Assembly: GCA_965216315.1 (NCBI GenBank)
Contig: CBDCFN010000016.1
Coordinates: 1,312,001 to 1,376,000, forward strand
Length of the DNA stretch: 64,000 nucleotides
DNA from: a bacterium
GTDB taxonomy: Bacteria > UBA10199 > 2-02-FULL-50-16 > JAJFLM01
Reading direction: 5' to 3'
Shown here: positions 27,712 through 37,536 of the stretch, piece by piece
Position numbering within the stretch: the stretch's first letter is position 1
How the letters are laid out: each line of letters starts with the position of its first letter
Translations under genes and position numbers: made by a program
The notes under the pieces: model-generated
What the model was told of the DNA's origin: nothing
The model's database searches: none
Seen by the model: only the letters and a program-made list of their open reading frames with translations

Positions 27712-29319
27712 ATGGAAATTATTCGCTCAAAAATCAGTACCGACGCGGCGGAGTTCAAAGAAAACGCGGCCAACTACGAAAAGCTCGTCCAAGAACTCAG
27801 CTCACGCATTGAAACCGTCAAGGCGGGAGGCGGCGAGGAAGCGGTTAAGCGGCATCGTTCACGTAACAAACTGCTCGCCCGTGAACGCATCGAGCGCCTC
27901 CTTGATCCCGGCTCTCCGTTTTTAGAACTCTCGAGTCTCGCCGCGTGGGACATGTACAAGACCCAGGCTCCGTCGGCTGGGATTGTCACCGGCATCGGGA
28001 CCGTCCATGGCCGCGAAGTCATGGTCGTCGCCAATGATGCGACAGTAAAAGGGGGGACCTACTATCCCCTCACGGTTAAAAAACACCTGCGCGCCCAAGA
28101 GATTGCCGAACAAAATAAGTTACCCTGCGTTTATCTCGTTGATTCCGGCGGGGCATTTTTGCCTAAGCAAGATGAGGTTTTTCCGGACCGCGAGCACTTC
28201 GGCCGCATTTTCTATAATCAAGCGCGCATGTCCGGGCAGGGCATTCCGCAAATTGCCGTGGTCATGGGCTCTTGTACGGCAGGCGGCGCCTACGTCCCCG
28301 CGATGAGTGATGAGTCGATTATCGTCAAGGGCAACGGCACAATTTTTCTGGGCGGACCACCGCTTGTTAAGGCGGCGACCGGAGAAGAGGTCACGGCGGA
28401 AGAATTGGGTGGCGCCTCCGTCCACTGCAGTAAATCAGGGGTCACGGATCACTTCGCCAACAATGATGAAGAGGCCCTTGATACGGCCCGTAACATCATT
28501 ACTCATCTCAATCGCGGGCCCAAGACACAGCTCGATACGCTGCCACCGGAAGAACCCTTGTACGATCCCGCGGAATTATCGGGCGTCGTTCCCACCGACC
28601 TGCGTAAACCCTACGACGTCCGTGAGGTCATTGCCCGTCTCGTCGATGGCAGTCGCCTCCACGAGTTTAAGGCGCAGTACGGCTCAACCTTGGTCTGTGG
28701 TTTTGCGCACATCTGGGGCTATCCTGTGGCGATACTCGCCAACAACGGCATCTTATTCGCTGAGAGCGCCCAAAAAGGGGCCCACTTTATTGAGATGGCC
28801 TGTCAGCGCAAGATCCCCTTGCTCTTTTTGCAAAACATCACGGGATTTATGGTCGGTAAGGATTATGAAAATCGCGGTATCGCCAAGGACGGTGCCAAAC
28901 TGGTGACGGCGGTCGCATCCGCAAACGTTCCTAAATTTACGGTGATCATCGGCGGCTCCTTCGGTGCCGGTAACTACGGCATGTGTGGTCGCGCTTACAG
29001 CCCGCGTTTTCTGTGGATGTGGCCCCATGGCCGCATTTCCGTCATGGGTGGCGAGCAGGCCGCCAACGTCCTCGCAACAGTTAAACAGGATCAGTTGAAG
29101 AAAAAAGACCAGGCCATGAGCGACGCGAAGTTAAATGAATTCAAACAACCCATTCTAGACAAATATGAAAGCGAAGGGAGTGCCTATTACAGCACCGCGC
29201 GTCTCTGGGATGACGGGATTATCAATCCCGTCGACACACGGCAGACCCTCGCCTTAGCTATTTCCGCCAGTTTGAATGCCCCGGTGCCGGACACGAATTT
29301 CGGTGTCTTCAGAATGTAA
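27712..29319 (+). CDS. liuB: 3-methylcrotonyl-CoA carboxylase beta (carboxyltransferase) subunit
   Basis: [50 protein letters not shown]. Confidence 0.92.
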   Translation: MEIIRSKISTDAAEFKENAANYEKLVQELSSRIETVKAGGGEEAVKRHRSRNKLLARERIERLLDPGSPFLELSSLAAWDMYKTQAPSAGIVTGIGTVHGREVMVVANDATVKGGTYYPLTVKKHLRAQEIAEQNKLPCVYLVDSGGAFLPKQDEVFPDREHFGRIFYNQARMSGQGIPQIAVVMGSCTAGGAYVPAMSDESIIVKGNGTIFLGGPPLVKAATGEEVTAEELGGASVHCSKSGVTDHFANNDEEALDTARNIITHLNRGPKTQLDTLPPEEPLYDPAELSGVVPTDLRKPYDVREVIARLVDGSRLHEFKAQYGSTLVCGFAHIWGYPVAILANNGILFAESAQKGAHFIEMACQRKIPLLFLQNITGFMVGKDYENRGIAKDGAKLVTAVASANVPKFTVIIGGSFGAGNYGMCGRAYSPRFLWMWPHGRISVMGGEQAANVLATVKQDQLKKKDQAMSDAKLNEFKQPILDKYESEGSAYYSTARLWDDGIINPVDTRQTLALAISASLNAPVPDTNFGVFRM

Positions 29320-30104
29320 TGGAAACGCTGGAAATCCAAAAAGAGGGACCCATTGCAACGATCTGGCTGAACCGCCCGGATGTGCGCAATGCCTTTAATG
29401 AACGCGTTATCGCCGAACTCATCGATATCTTCTCCGAACTCCCTCACGACCCCGAAACGCGGGTCATTATTCTCGGCGGCAAAGGCAAAGTATTTAGTGC
29501 AGGCGCCGATCTCAATTGGATGCGGTCGATGGCCAATGCCAATGAGCAACAAAATTATGACGATAGTCGTAAGCTTGCCGAGCTGCTCCATCTGATTAAT
29601 ACCTGTCCTCAAGTCACCATTGCGCGAGTACATGGGGCCGCCCTCGGTGGGGGAATGGGGCTCGCCTCGGTCTGTGATATTGTCGTGGCGACAGAAGAGG
29701 TTAAATTTGGCTTCACTGAAGTGAAGCTGGGTTTAATTCCTGCGGTTATATCGAGCTTTGTCATCTCCAAGATCGGGAATTCCTGGGCCCGCCGTTACTT
29801 TGTTACCGGAGAAATTTTTAACGGCAAACGCGCCTACGAAATGGGGCTCGTTCATGAATTAGTGTCCGCTGAGGAACTCGATGCAACGGTGACAGCCATA
29901 GCAGAATCGGTACTGCTGGCAGCGCCTAAGGCCGTGGCCGAATCTAAGTCGCTCATCGCACGTGTCACGGCGACGGCGTCCGGTGATCTGCTCAAAGAGA
30001 CGTCCGAATGGATCGCCCGTATTCGGGTGGCGGAGGAAGGCCAAGAGGGGACGGGAGCGTTCCTAGAAAAAAGGCAACCGAAGTGGGCATCAAAAAAGTC
30101 TTAA
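29319..30104 (+). CDS. liuC: Methylglutaconyl-CoA hydratase
   Basis: LNRPDVRNAF, FSAGADLNWM, EVKLGLIPAVIS; located between liuB and liuD. Confidence 0.85.
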   Translation: METLEIQKEGPIATIWLNRPDVRNAFNERVIAELIDIFSELPHDPETRVIILGGKGKVFSAGADLNWMRSMANANEQQNYDDSRKLAELLHLINTCPQVTIARVHGAALGGGMGLASVCDIVVATEEVKFGFTEVKLGLIPAVISSFVISKIGNSWARRYFVTGEIFNGKRAYEMGLVHELVSAEELDATVTAIAESVLLAAPKAVAESKSLIARVTATASGDLLKETSEWIARIRVAEEGQEGTGAFLEKRQPKWASKKS

Positions 30105-31774
30105 TCGCGAATCGAGGAGAAATCGCGCGGCGCGTAATCCGAAGCTGCCGCAATCTCGGCATCCAAACCGTCGCTATTTATTCTGATGTCGATCATGAGG
30201 CCTTGCATGTCAAAGACGCCGACGAAGCCTATGGCCTCGGCGACCCGACACCACAACAAAGTTATCTCAACATTGAAAAGATTATCCAAATTGCCCGCGA
30301 TTCCGGTGCAGATGCCGTCCACCCAGGTTATGGATTCCTTTCGGAGAATGCGTCCTTTGCCAAGGCCTGTATAAACGCGGGACTGACCTTCATAGGGCCC
30401 GACGCGCAAACGATTGAAACCATGGGTGACAAAATCTCCGCCAAGGAAACCGTCGTTAGAAATAAAGTTCCGACAGTTCCGGCTAGTCAAGGGGCAGTCA
30501 GTGCGGAAGATGTGTCTGCATTAGCACAACAAATCGGTTACCCTGTCTTACTTAAGGCGGCTGCCGGCGGCGGCGGCAAAGGCATGCGGGTGGTCCATGA
30601 AGAAAGCGAGCTCATCAATGCCCTGGAAGCAGCCCAGCGCGAGGCCAAAGCGGCCTTTGGTGACGAGCGCGTCTTTATGGAGAAATTCATCGAGCGCCCC
30701 CGTCATATTGAAGTCCAAGTGCTCGCCGATAAACACAACAATGTTCATCATATCTTTGAACGCGATTGCTCCGTCCAGCGACGTCATCAAAAAGTCATTG
30801 AGGAAAGCCCGTCACCCTTGATCAGTCCGGAGAAAAGACGAGAACTCGGCGAGGCCGCCATTCAAGCGGCTAAAGCAGCCAATTACGTCAACGCCGGAAC
30901 GATTGAATTCTTATTCGACCAAGAACAGAACTTCTACTTTCTGGAAATGAATACGCGGCTCCAAGTGGAACACCCGGTCACCGAATGGGTCTCCGGAACG
31001 GACTTGGTCCGGTGGCAGTTATGGATCGCGGCGGGACGTCCTCTTTGGCCGGAAATTCGGCCCCAACATCCGCGTGGCCACGCGATTGAACTGCGTATCT
31101 ACGCGGAAGATCCGGCTAATAATTTTCTGCCTGCCATCGGGCGTGTCGAAGCGATGCAAGAACCCAGCGGTCCCGGCATCCGCATCGATTCCTGTCTGTA
31201 TGTCGGTTGGGATATTCCGGTGCAGTATGACCCTTTGCTGGCTAAGTTAGTCGTTTGGGACGAAACCCGCCCCCTCGCGATTCGCAAGGCCCTGACCGCA
31301 CTCGATAATTACCGCATCGACGGGATTACGACGAATATTGAATTCTTGAAGGAAGTCCTAACGCATCCGGATTTTGTTCACGCCACGATTGATACGGGAT
31401 GGGTCGAACGTGAGTTTGGTGACTGGGCACCGGCTGAATTGAAACTGAGCCATGAGGATCTCTTTAGTCCGTGGATTCCGCGAGAGCAGGGTGCGGCGCG
31501 CAAGCGGCGTGAGGCATTCAAGAAAGAACATGGCCGCCAAAACCAAGAGGACCTAAGTGGACCCATTCAGATCGAGGCACCGATGCCTGGAAAACTCATT
31601 CAGGTCAACGTCAAAGCCGGTGACACCGTCGAGCAGGGCACGACCTTATTGGTGCTGGAAGCAATGAAGATGGAACATTCGTTAAAGGCCCCTCGGGATG
31701 CAAAAGTCAGTGAAGTCCATTACAATGTCGACGATCAGGTCGCGATGAATGCGGTATTAGTCGAACTGGAATAA
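30083..31774 (+). CDS. liuD: Methylcrotonyl-CoA carboxylase alpha (biotin carboxylase-BCCP) subunit
   Basis: KKVLIANRGEIA, GGGGKGMR, EMNTRLQVEH, EAMKM biotin site; GTG start 30083. Confidence 0.9.
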   Translation: MGIKKVLIANRGEIARRVIRSCRNLGIQTVAIYSDVDHEALHVKDADEAYGLGDPTPQQSYLNIEKIIQIARDSGADAVHPGYGFLSENASFAKACINAGLTFIGPDAQTIETMGDKISAKETVVRNKVPTVPASQGAVSAEDVSALAQQIGYPVLLKAAAGGGGKGMRVVHEESELINALEAAQREAKAAFGDERVFMEKFIERPRHIEVQVLADKHNNVHHIFERDCSVQRRHQKVIEESPSPLISPEKRRELGEAAIQAAKAANYVNAGTIEFLFDQEQNFYFLEMNTRLQVEHPVTEWVSGTDLVRWQLWIAAGRPLWPEIRPQHPRGHAIELRIYAEDPANNFLPAIGRVEAMQEPSGPGIRIDSCLYVGWDIPVQYDPLLAKLVVWDETRPLAIRKALTALDNYRIDGITTNIEFLKEVLTHPDFVHATIDTGWVEREFGDWAPAELKLSHEDLFSPWIPREQGAARKRREAFKKEHGRQNQEDLSGPIQIEAPMPGKLIQVNVKAGDTVEQGTTLLVLEAMKMEHSLKAPRDAKVSEVHYNVDDQVAMNAVLVELE

Positions 31775-31778
31775 ACAA

Positions 31779-32687
31779 ATGAATTTACCAAAGCAAGTCA
31801 CCATCGTCGAAGTCGGCCCCCGCGACGGCCTCCAGAACGAACCGGAGACGATACCGACCGCAACCAAAGTCGCGTTCATCGAGAAACTCGCCGAAGCCGG
31901 TCTATCCATCATCGAAGTCTCGAGCTTTGTCCATCCCAAGTGGGTTCCTCAACTAGCCGATGCATCGGATGTATTAAATGCTCTTAAAAAGAAGACCGGC
32001 GTGCGTTATCCAGTCTTGGTCCCGAACATGAAGGGAATGGAAAGGGCGATCGAAGCGGGGGTTAAAGAAATCGCCGTCTTCACCGCAGCATCGGAGACCT
32101 TCAACAAAAAAAATATCAACATGTCGATCGACGAATCGCTTCAGGCCATCGCCGATGTGATTAAACGCGCTCACGAAAATGACATTCAAGTCCGTGGTTA
32201 TGTCTCCACGGGCTTTGGTTGCCCATATGAAGGCCGTATTCAGCCGGAAAAGGTGTTGGCCGTCATTCAGAAGCTCTTATCCTTACGAGTCTATGAGGTT
32301 TCTCTAGGGGACACGATTGGGGTCGCTAATCCCAAGCAGGTCGAGGAAGTACTCGGCCTTATTCTGAAGTCCGTCAGTACCGATCAATTGGCGATGCACT
32401 TTCATGATACCCGAGGGACGGCGTTAGCCAATATTCTGCAATCACTTCAAATGGGCATTACGACGATCGATTCGTCAGCAGGAGGGCTCGGTGGTTGTCC
32501 TTATGCACCCGGTGCCGCGGGCAATGTCGCGACGGAAGACGTCGTCTACATGTTGCAGGGGATGGGGGTTCAAACCGGAGTGGACCTGGAAAAACTCGTC
32601 GTAGCGAGCCAATTGATTCAACAGGAACTACAACGAGAGCTTCCAGGAAAATATTTACAGGCGGCCTTAGCCGCCTGCAAAAAGTAA
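31779..32687 (+). CDS. liuE: Hydroxymethylglutaryl-CoA lyase
   Basis: EVGPRDGLQNE, HFHDT, GLGGCPYAPGA.GN. Confidence 0.94.
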   Translation: MNLPKQVTIVEVGPRDGLQNEPETIPTATKVAFIEKLAEAGLSIIEVSSFVHPKWVPQLADASDVLNALKKKTGVRYPVLVPNMKGMERAIEAGVKEIAVFTAASETFNKKNINMSIDESLQAIADVIKRAHENDIQVRGYVSTGFGCPYEGRIQPEKVLAVIQKLLSLRVYEVSLGDTIGVANPKQVEEVLGLILKSVSTDQLAMHFHDTRGTALANILQSLQMGITTIDSSAGGLGGCPYAPGAAGNVATEDVVYMLQGMGVQTGVDLEKLVVASQLIQQELQRELPGKYLQAALAACKK

Positions 32688-32726
32688 CGCTCAATGCGCG
32701 CAAGGCGCACAAATCAGCTCCTGTAC

Positions 32727-32921
32727 TTAGCCCATCATTAAGCTGCGAAAATTATCCAGGGCTGTTTCAGCAGACGTATAATGCGTATACCGCGGAGCCT
32801 CGCCTCCAAGCTGCTCAACTGCACGGGCGCGTTCGGCTTGAAGTTTTTCCTGGCTCTGCACGAAGTCTCTCATCATTCTTATCGCCTGCTCATCGGTCAG
32901 GGCTTGATTGTTCAATTCCAT
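32727..32921 (-). CDS. Small hypothetical protein (64 aa)
   Basis: Strong GAGGAGG RBS before ATG 32921; fills the intergenic gap. Confidence 0.6.
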   Translation of the reverse strand: MELNNQALTDEQAIRMMRDFVQSQEKLQAERARAVEQLGGEAPRYTHYTSAETALDNFRSLMMG

Positions 32922-33068
32922 TAGATTCCTCCTCAATTATTACTGAGTTTAGTATCGCCGCACGAGCGGCTTCGAGTTTCCTGCCGATGAAGAAAAAAAT
33001 CTCTATATTTTATCAATATTTGCGAATCTTTCTCAGTATTCGCATGAGTCCGCAAAAAGCTGAAAGCT

Positions 33069-35030
33069 TTAGGGCTGAGTCGGGATATCCGCGATGGAAT
33101 TCGGGTTCTCGATCGAAGCCGTATCGCCTAAATCTTGGCCGAGATACTTCTTTTGAATGACGCCGCGGACGATCTTTGCCGAGCGTGTTTTGGGGAGAGA
33201 CGCAACGATATGGATGGCGCGAGGGGTCAGGGCCTTGCCCATGGCCTTAATAACCTGTTGTTTCAATTCTTCCTGTAGGGGCGCTGCTTGCTGCGCCCTT
33301 TGTTCGGGCGGACCAAGGGCCGCCCCTACGGCAGGGTCTAAAACAACGAAACAGACCAGTTCGGCCCCCTTGACCTCATGGGGAACGCCAATGGCCGCCG
33401 CCTCGATCACCGCGTCATGTTCAATCAAGGCTGCCTCAATCTCGGCCGGCCCGGTGCGGCGACCGGCAATCTTGATCGTGTCGTCGGCACGACCGCGGAG
33501 AAACCAATGCCCGTCGGCATCAACATAGGCCCAGTCGCCGTGGTTCCAGGTATCAGGCCATTTATCGAAGTAAGTACTGAGATAACGTTCCTTATCGTTC
33601 AAAAAGGCCTTCGTCATCGATGGAGCCGGCTGCTTACAGACTAGATAACCAACTTCTTCGCGAACAGACTGTTTGTCTTCATTAAAGACGTCGACATCCA
33701 TACCGAGACCAGGCCCGCGCAGACTACACGGCTTTAATTCCGTAATAGGCAAGGGTGCTAAGAGACAGCCAACTAATTCAGTTCCACCGGAAATGTTGAT
33801 GATCGGACAACGTGATCCGCCGATCTTTTCAAAAAACCACTCATATGATTCGGGGTCCCAAGGTTCGCCCGTTGAACCAAGCACTTCTAATGAAGAGAGA
33901 TCATGTTTGGTCACCCAATCCTCGTCGTAACTCTTTAACAGGCGAACGGCAGTGGGAGAAATGCCGAGATGAGTTAGCCGATGCTTTTCGACAATATCCC
34001 AAATTCGATCCGGCTGCGGATAATCGGGCGCGCCTTCAAAGATCGTTACCGTACCGCCAAAGGTATGCACGCCAATCAATTCCCACGGACCCATCATCCA
34101 ACCAATATCGGTCACCCAAAAAAACCGCGTCTCGGGTTTCACGTCAAAGTAATAGCCGAGCTCTTTGGCCATCTGCGCCTGGCAGCCGCCATGCGTGTGC
34201 ACACAGCCTTTCGGCTTTCCGGTCGTTCCCGACGTATAAAGAATCATTGCCGTCGCCTCGGCATCAAGAATGGCCGTCTCCGCCGTTTGATCTGCTTTGA
34301 CAAAGTCTTCCCACCAAATGTCTCGTGATTCATGCCAGGGGACCTCATCACCGGTTCGCTTCACCACGATGACGTGTTCGACTCCAGGAGCGTCTTTGAG
34401 CCCTTCATCGGCTGCTTCCTTAATGCGAACTTTCTTGCCCCGCCGGTACGCCCCGTCTGCCGTAAAAAGTAATTTACATTCAGCATCGACCAGGCGCGTT
34501 GCCAGAGCGGCCGAACCAAAACCGGAGAAAACGGGAATAAGCGGACAACCCAACTTGAGGCAGGCATAAAAGGCGATGACCATTTCAGGAATCATTGGCA
34601 TGTAAAGGCCCACCGTATCGCCGGCCTTAAGACCGAGTGCCTGCATCGCTCCGGCAACGCGTTCAATCTCAGCACCTAATTCGGAGTAACTCAGCGTCTT
34701 CGCGTCTCCTTCATCGGGTTCCCAAATCAAGGCAGGGTGATGGCCTCGCGTTGCAATATGGCGATCGATCGTATTGTGAACAATATTCAGTTGGCCACCG
34801 ATAAACCAGCGGGTCCACGCCAGCCCGTCGGACTCATCCATCACGTTGGAATAGGGCGTTTGCCACGCAATACCCAAGTCCTTAAGACAGACATCCCAAA
34901 AATGTCCCACATCCGCGACACTCCACTGCAACAAGCTTTCATAATCAGTGAGACCTTGAGCCTTCATGAGGCGGGTGATGTTGGCCGCATTGATACGTTC
35001 AGGACCGGGTTTCCAGATAACATCCGACAT
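33069..35030 (-). CDS. AMP-forming short-chain acyl-CoA synthetase (Acs/acetoacetyl-CoA synthetase-like)
   Basis: YTSGTTGKPKG, DIGWMMGP, GSTGEP, GRADD, LPKTRSAKI.R. Confidence 0.92.
   Translation of the reverse strand: MSDVIWKPGPERINAANITRLMKAQGLTDYESLLQWSVADVGHFWDVCLKDLGIAWQTPYSNVMDESDGLAWTRWFIGGQLNIVHNTIDRHIATRGHHPALIWEPDEGDAKTLSYSELGAEIERVAGAMQALGLKAGDTVGLYMPMIPEMVIAFYACLKLGCPLIPVFSGFGSAALATRLVDAECKLLFTADGAYRRGKKVRIKEAADEGLKDAPGVEHVIVVKRTGDEVPWHESRDIWWEDFVKADQTAETAILDAEATAMILYTSGTTGKPKGCVHTHGGCQAQMAKELGYYFDVKPETRFFWVTDIGWMMGPWELIGVHTFGGTVTIFEGAPDYPQPDRIWDIVEKHRLTHLGISPTAVRLLKSYDEDWVTKHDLSSLEVLGSTGEPWDPESYEWFFEKIGGSRCPIINISGGTELVGCLLAPLPITELKPCSLRGPGLGMDVDVFNEDKQSVREEVGYLVCKQPAPSMTKAFLNDKERYLSTYFDKWPDTWNHGDWAYVDADGHWFLRGRADDTIKIAGRRTGPAEIEAALIEHDAVIEAAAIGVPHEVKGAELVCFVVLDPAVGAALGPPEQRAQQAAPLQEELKQQVIKAMGKALTPRAIHIVASLPKTRSAKIVRGVIQKKYLGQDLGDTASIENPNSIADIPTQP
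33275..33329. repeat. GTAG REP doublet (REPIN-like, family C) in-frame inside the acyl-CoA synthetase gene
   Basis: GTAGGGGCG..CGCCC-tttgttc-GGGCGG..CCGCCCCTAC; encodes VGAALGPPEQRAQQAAPL. Confidence 0.8.
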
Positions 35031-35101
35031 GCTGTGCGATCTCCTAGCCAGTTTCTTGACTTTTTTCAAGCACTTAACTAGCTTTTCTCGAACATTTTAC
35101 T

Positions 35102-36208
35102 ATGTCAGCATTATCAAAAAATCGCGTCGTGGTCGCCATGAGTGGGGGCGTCGATAGCTCGGTCGCCGCCTGGCTCCTTAAAGAGCAGGGATACGAGGTC
35201 ATTGGCATCAGCATGAAGACCCATGAAGAGGTGGAACCTTGTCCGGAAGAATTACCAACTTTCCGCCATGCCGCTAAGAATTGCTGTTCGGTTGAAGACA
35301 TCATCGATGCCCGCGCCGTGTGTCAGCTTCTCGATATTCCATTCTACGCGATGAACTTTAAGAAAGAATTTAAAGAAAAGGTGATGGACTACTTTGCCGA
35401 TGAATACGCCGCCGGCCGAACACCCAATCCCTGCGTCAAATGTAATGATGAATTAAAGTTTGATGCCCTCTTGAGGCAAGCACGTGCACTGGGTGCCTAT
35501 TATCTGGCGACAGGTCATTATGTTCAAAAACAGCAAGATGAGTCGGGGCAATGGCATCTCTATTGCGCCAATGACACGAACAAAGATCAAAGTTACTTTT
35601 TATTTGGATTAAGGCAGTCTGAATTAGAACACATCCTCTTTCCTGTTGGCGCTATGAATAAAGAAGAGGTCAGGGAAATCGCGCGGAAGGCGGGAATTGC
35701 GACATCTGAAAAAACCGAGAGTCAGGAGATTTGTTTTGTTCCGAATAATGACTACGCCAGGGTTATTGAGCAACTGTATCCCGATAAAGTGCCCGGCCGA
35801 GGAACCTTTCGTAATGAGCGCGGCGAGCCGCTTGGAACGCACCGGGGAACCCATGCCTTCACGATAGGGCAGCGTCGCGGGCTGGGAGTCGCCGCCGGCG
35901 AGCGGCTCTACGTGACGCGAATTGACAGCCAAAATAATGAAGTCGTGCTGGGTACCGACAACGAGCTATACCGAAACGAGTTGGAGGCTTCCGAAATCAA
36001 TTGGGTGGGTGAGCTCCCATCGCAACAAGAATTACACGTCGAGGCCAAGATTCGTTATCGGCAAACGCCCGCGCCGGCGATCGTCCGTCTCCAGGGTGAA
36101 GATAAGGCAACGATCCAGTTTGTAGCGCCGCAACGAGCCATTACACCGGGGCAGGTCATTGTCTTTTATCATGACAATGAACTCTTGGGAGGCGGCTGGA
36201 TCCAATGA
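35102..36208 (+). CDS. mnmA: tRNA 2-thiouridine(34) synthase
   Basis: AMSGGVDSS, TPNPCVKCN, ATGHY, KDQSYFL, SQEICF, TIGQRRGLG. Confidence 0.96.
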   Translation: MSALSKNRVVVAMSGGVDSSVAAWLLKEQGYEVIGISMKTHEEVEPCPEELPTFRHAAKNCCSVEDIIDARAVCQLLDIPFYAMNFKKEFKEKVMDYFADEYAAGRTPNPCVKCNDELKFDALLRQARALGAYYLATGHYVQKQQDESGQWHLYCANDTNKDQSYFLFGLRQSELEHILFPVGAMNKEEVREIARKAGIATSEKTESQEICFVPNNDYARVIEQLYPDKVPGRGTFRNERGEPLGTHRGTHAFTIGQRRGLGVAAGERLYVTRIDSQNNEVVLGTDNELYRNELEASEINWVGELPSQQELHVEAKIRYRQTPAPAIVRLQGEDKATIQFVAPQRAITPGQVIVFYHDNELLGGGWIQ

Positions 36209-37536
36209 GAGTTGCACTCCATACCTTAGGCTGTAAAGCCAACCAGGCCGATGCCACGTATTTGACCGCCGTCTTGAGACAGAAAGGCTACCAAGTTGTC
36301 GGGCTCAATGACGTCGCCGAATATTACATCTTCAACACCTGTACGGTAACCGACGAGGCGGATCGCGAGGCCCGTCAACTGACCCGAAGGGCAAAGCGGA
36401 AAAATCCCGACGCCAAAGTCATCGTCACCGGCTGTTACGCCCAAACTCAGGCCGAGGCCGTCGCGGCCTTGCCGAGTGTTGATGAGGTAGTAGGGAATCA
36501 AGAGAAGGGGAATATTCCCGAATTACTTCCCCTCCTTGCCAAGGAGGGGATTGAGGGGAGGCCCACAAAAGACCCCTCCCTAACCCTCCCCTTTGTAAGG
36601 GGAGGGAGCATACGACGGCAAACAAATGTACCCAGTTTCGGTTTCTCGCACTATTCCAAGAACACGCGCGCCCAGGTCAAGATTCAGGATGGCTGTGACA
36701 AATTTTGCACCTTTTGCATCATTCCTTTTGCACGTGGCAAAAACCGTAGCGTTCCACCGGAGCAAATCATCTCTGAACTGCACGAACTACGTCGACATGG
36801 CTATGAAGAGGCTGTTCTGACCGGAATACACATCGGCACGTATGGCCTCGATATTCATAGCAGTCTCGAAAACCTATTAGAGCAGATTGAAGCGGCCAAA
36901 CCATTGCCACGCATTCGCCTGTCGTCACTGGATCCGGAAGAGATCAGCGACCGTCTCATCCAAATGATTGCCAACAGCGAAATTATCTGCCCGCATATCC
37001 ATGTCGCCGTACAGAGTGGGGACGACACGATCCTGGCGCGCATGAAGCGCCGTTATGGGGTTGGGCAGTTTCGCGACATTATCAATCAAATAGTGAAGGT
37101 CATGCCAAAGATCGCGATTGGAACCGACCTTATTGTGGGTTTTCCGGGCGAAACCGAGGCTCAGTTTGAGCACAGCTACCAGATGATCGCTGAACTGCCT
37201 ATCAGCTATGCCCATGTTTTTCCCTATTCCACGCGCAAGGGCACTCCCGCTGCGAGCTATCCCGGCCAAGTCAGCCCTGACGAGAAGAAAAAGCGCACCA
37301 AGCGGCTGAGACAACTGAGCCAGTCCAAACGAATGCGTTATTTTGAACAATTTTTAGGCAAACCTCTGGAGATCGTCGTTGAATCACGGCGTGAGCCTAA
37401 AGAAGGCTTGTTAAGAGGCGTCACTCCAAACTATATTCCTGTTCACTTTAAAGGGACGGATCATTTGTTACGCACGCGTCAGATCATCCGCTTAGATCAA
37501 ATTCATAATTCAAGGGTGTATGGACATGTGGCGTAA
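36205..37536 (+). CDS. mtaB: tRNA t6A37 methylthiotransferase
   Basis: TLGCKAN, NTCTVT, VTGCYAQ, KIQDGCDKFCTFC, HVFPYS.R.GT. Confidence 0.92.
   Translation: MRVALHTLGCKANQADATYLTAVLRQKGYQVVGLNDVAEYYIFNTCTVTDEADREARQLTRRAKRKNPDAKVIVTGCYAQTQAEAVAALPSVDEVVGNQEKGNIPELLPLLAKEGIEGRPTKDPSLTLPFVRGGSIRRQTNVPSFGFSHYSKNTRAQVKIQDGCDKFCTFCIIPFARGKNRSVPPEQIISELHELRRHGYEEAVLTGIHIGTYGLDIHSSLENLLEQIEAAKPLPRIRLSSLDPEEISDRLIQMIANSEIICPHIHVAVQSGDDTILARMKRRYGVGQFRDIINQIVKVMPKIAIGTDLIVGFPGETEAQFEHSYQMIAELPISYAHVFPYSTRKGTPAASYPGQVSPDEKKKRTKRLRQLSQSKRMRYFEQFLGKPLEIVVESRREPKEGLLRGVTPNYIPVHFKGTDHLLRTRQIIRLDQIHNSRVYGHVA
36527..36607. repeat. Palindromic repeat family A, in-frame inside mtaB
   Basis: Near-identical to intergenic 12973-13053; encodes LPLLAKEGIEGRPTKDPSLTLPFVRGG. 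Confidence 0.9.

Noticed and set aside
32495..33160. 221-aa plus-strand ORF
   Set aside because: It overlaps liuE out of frame and two minus-strand genes, and has no motif support.
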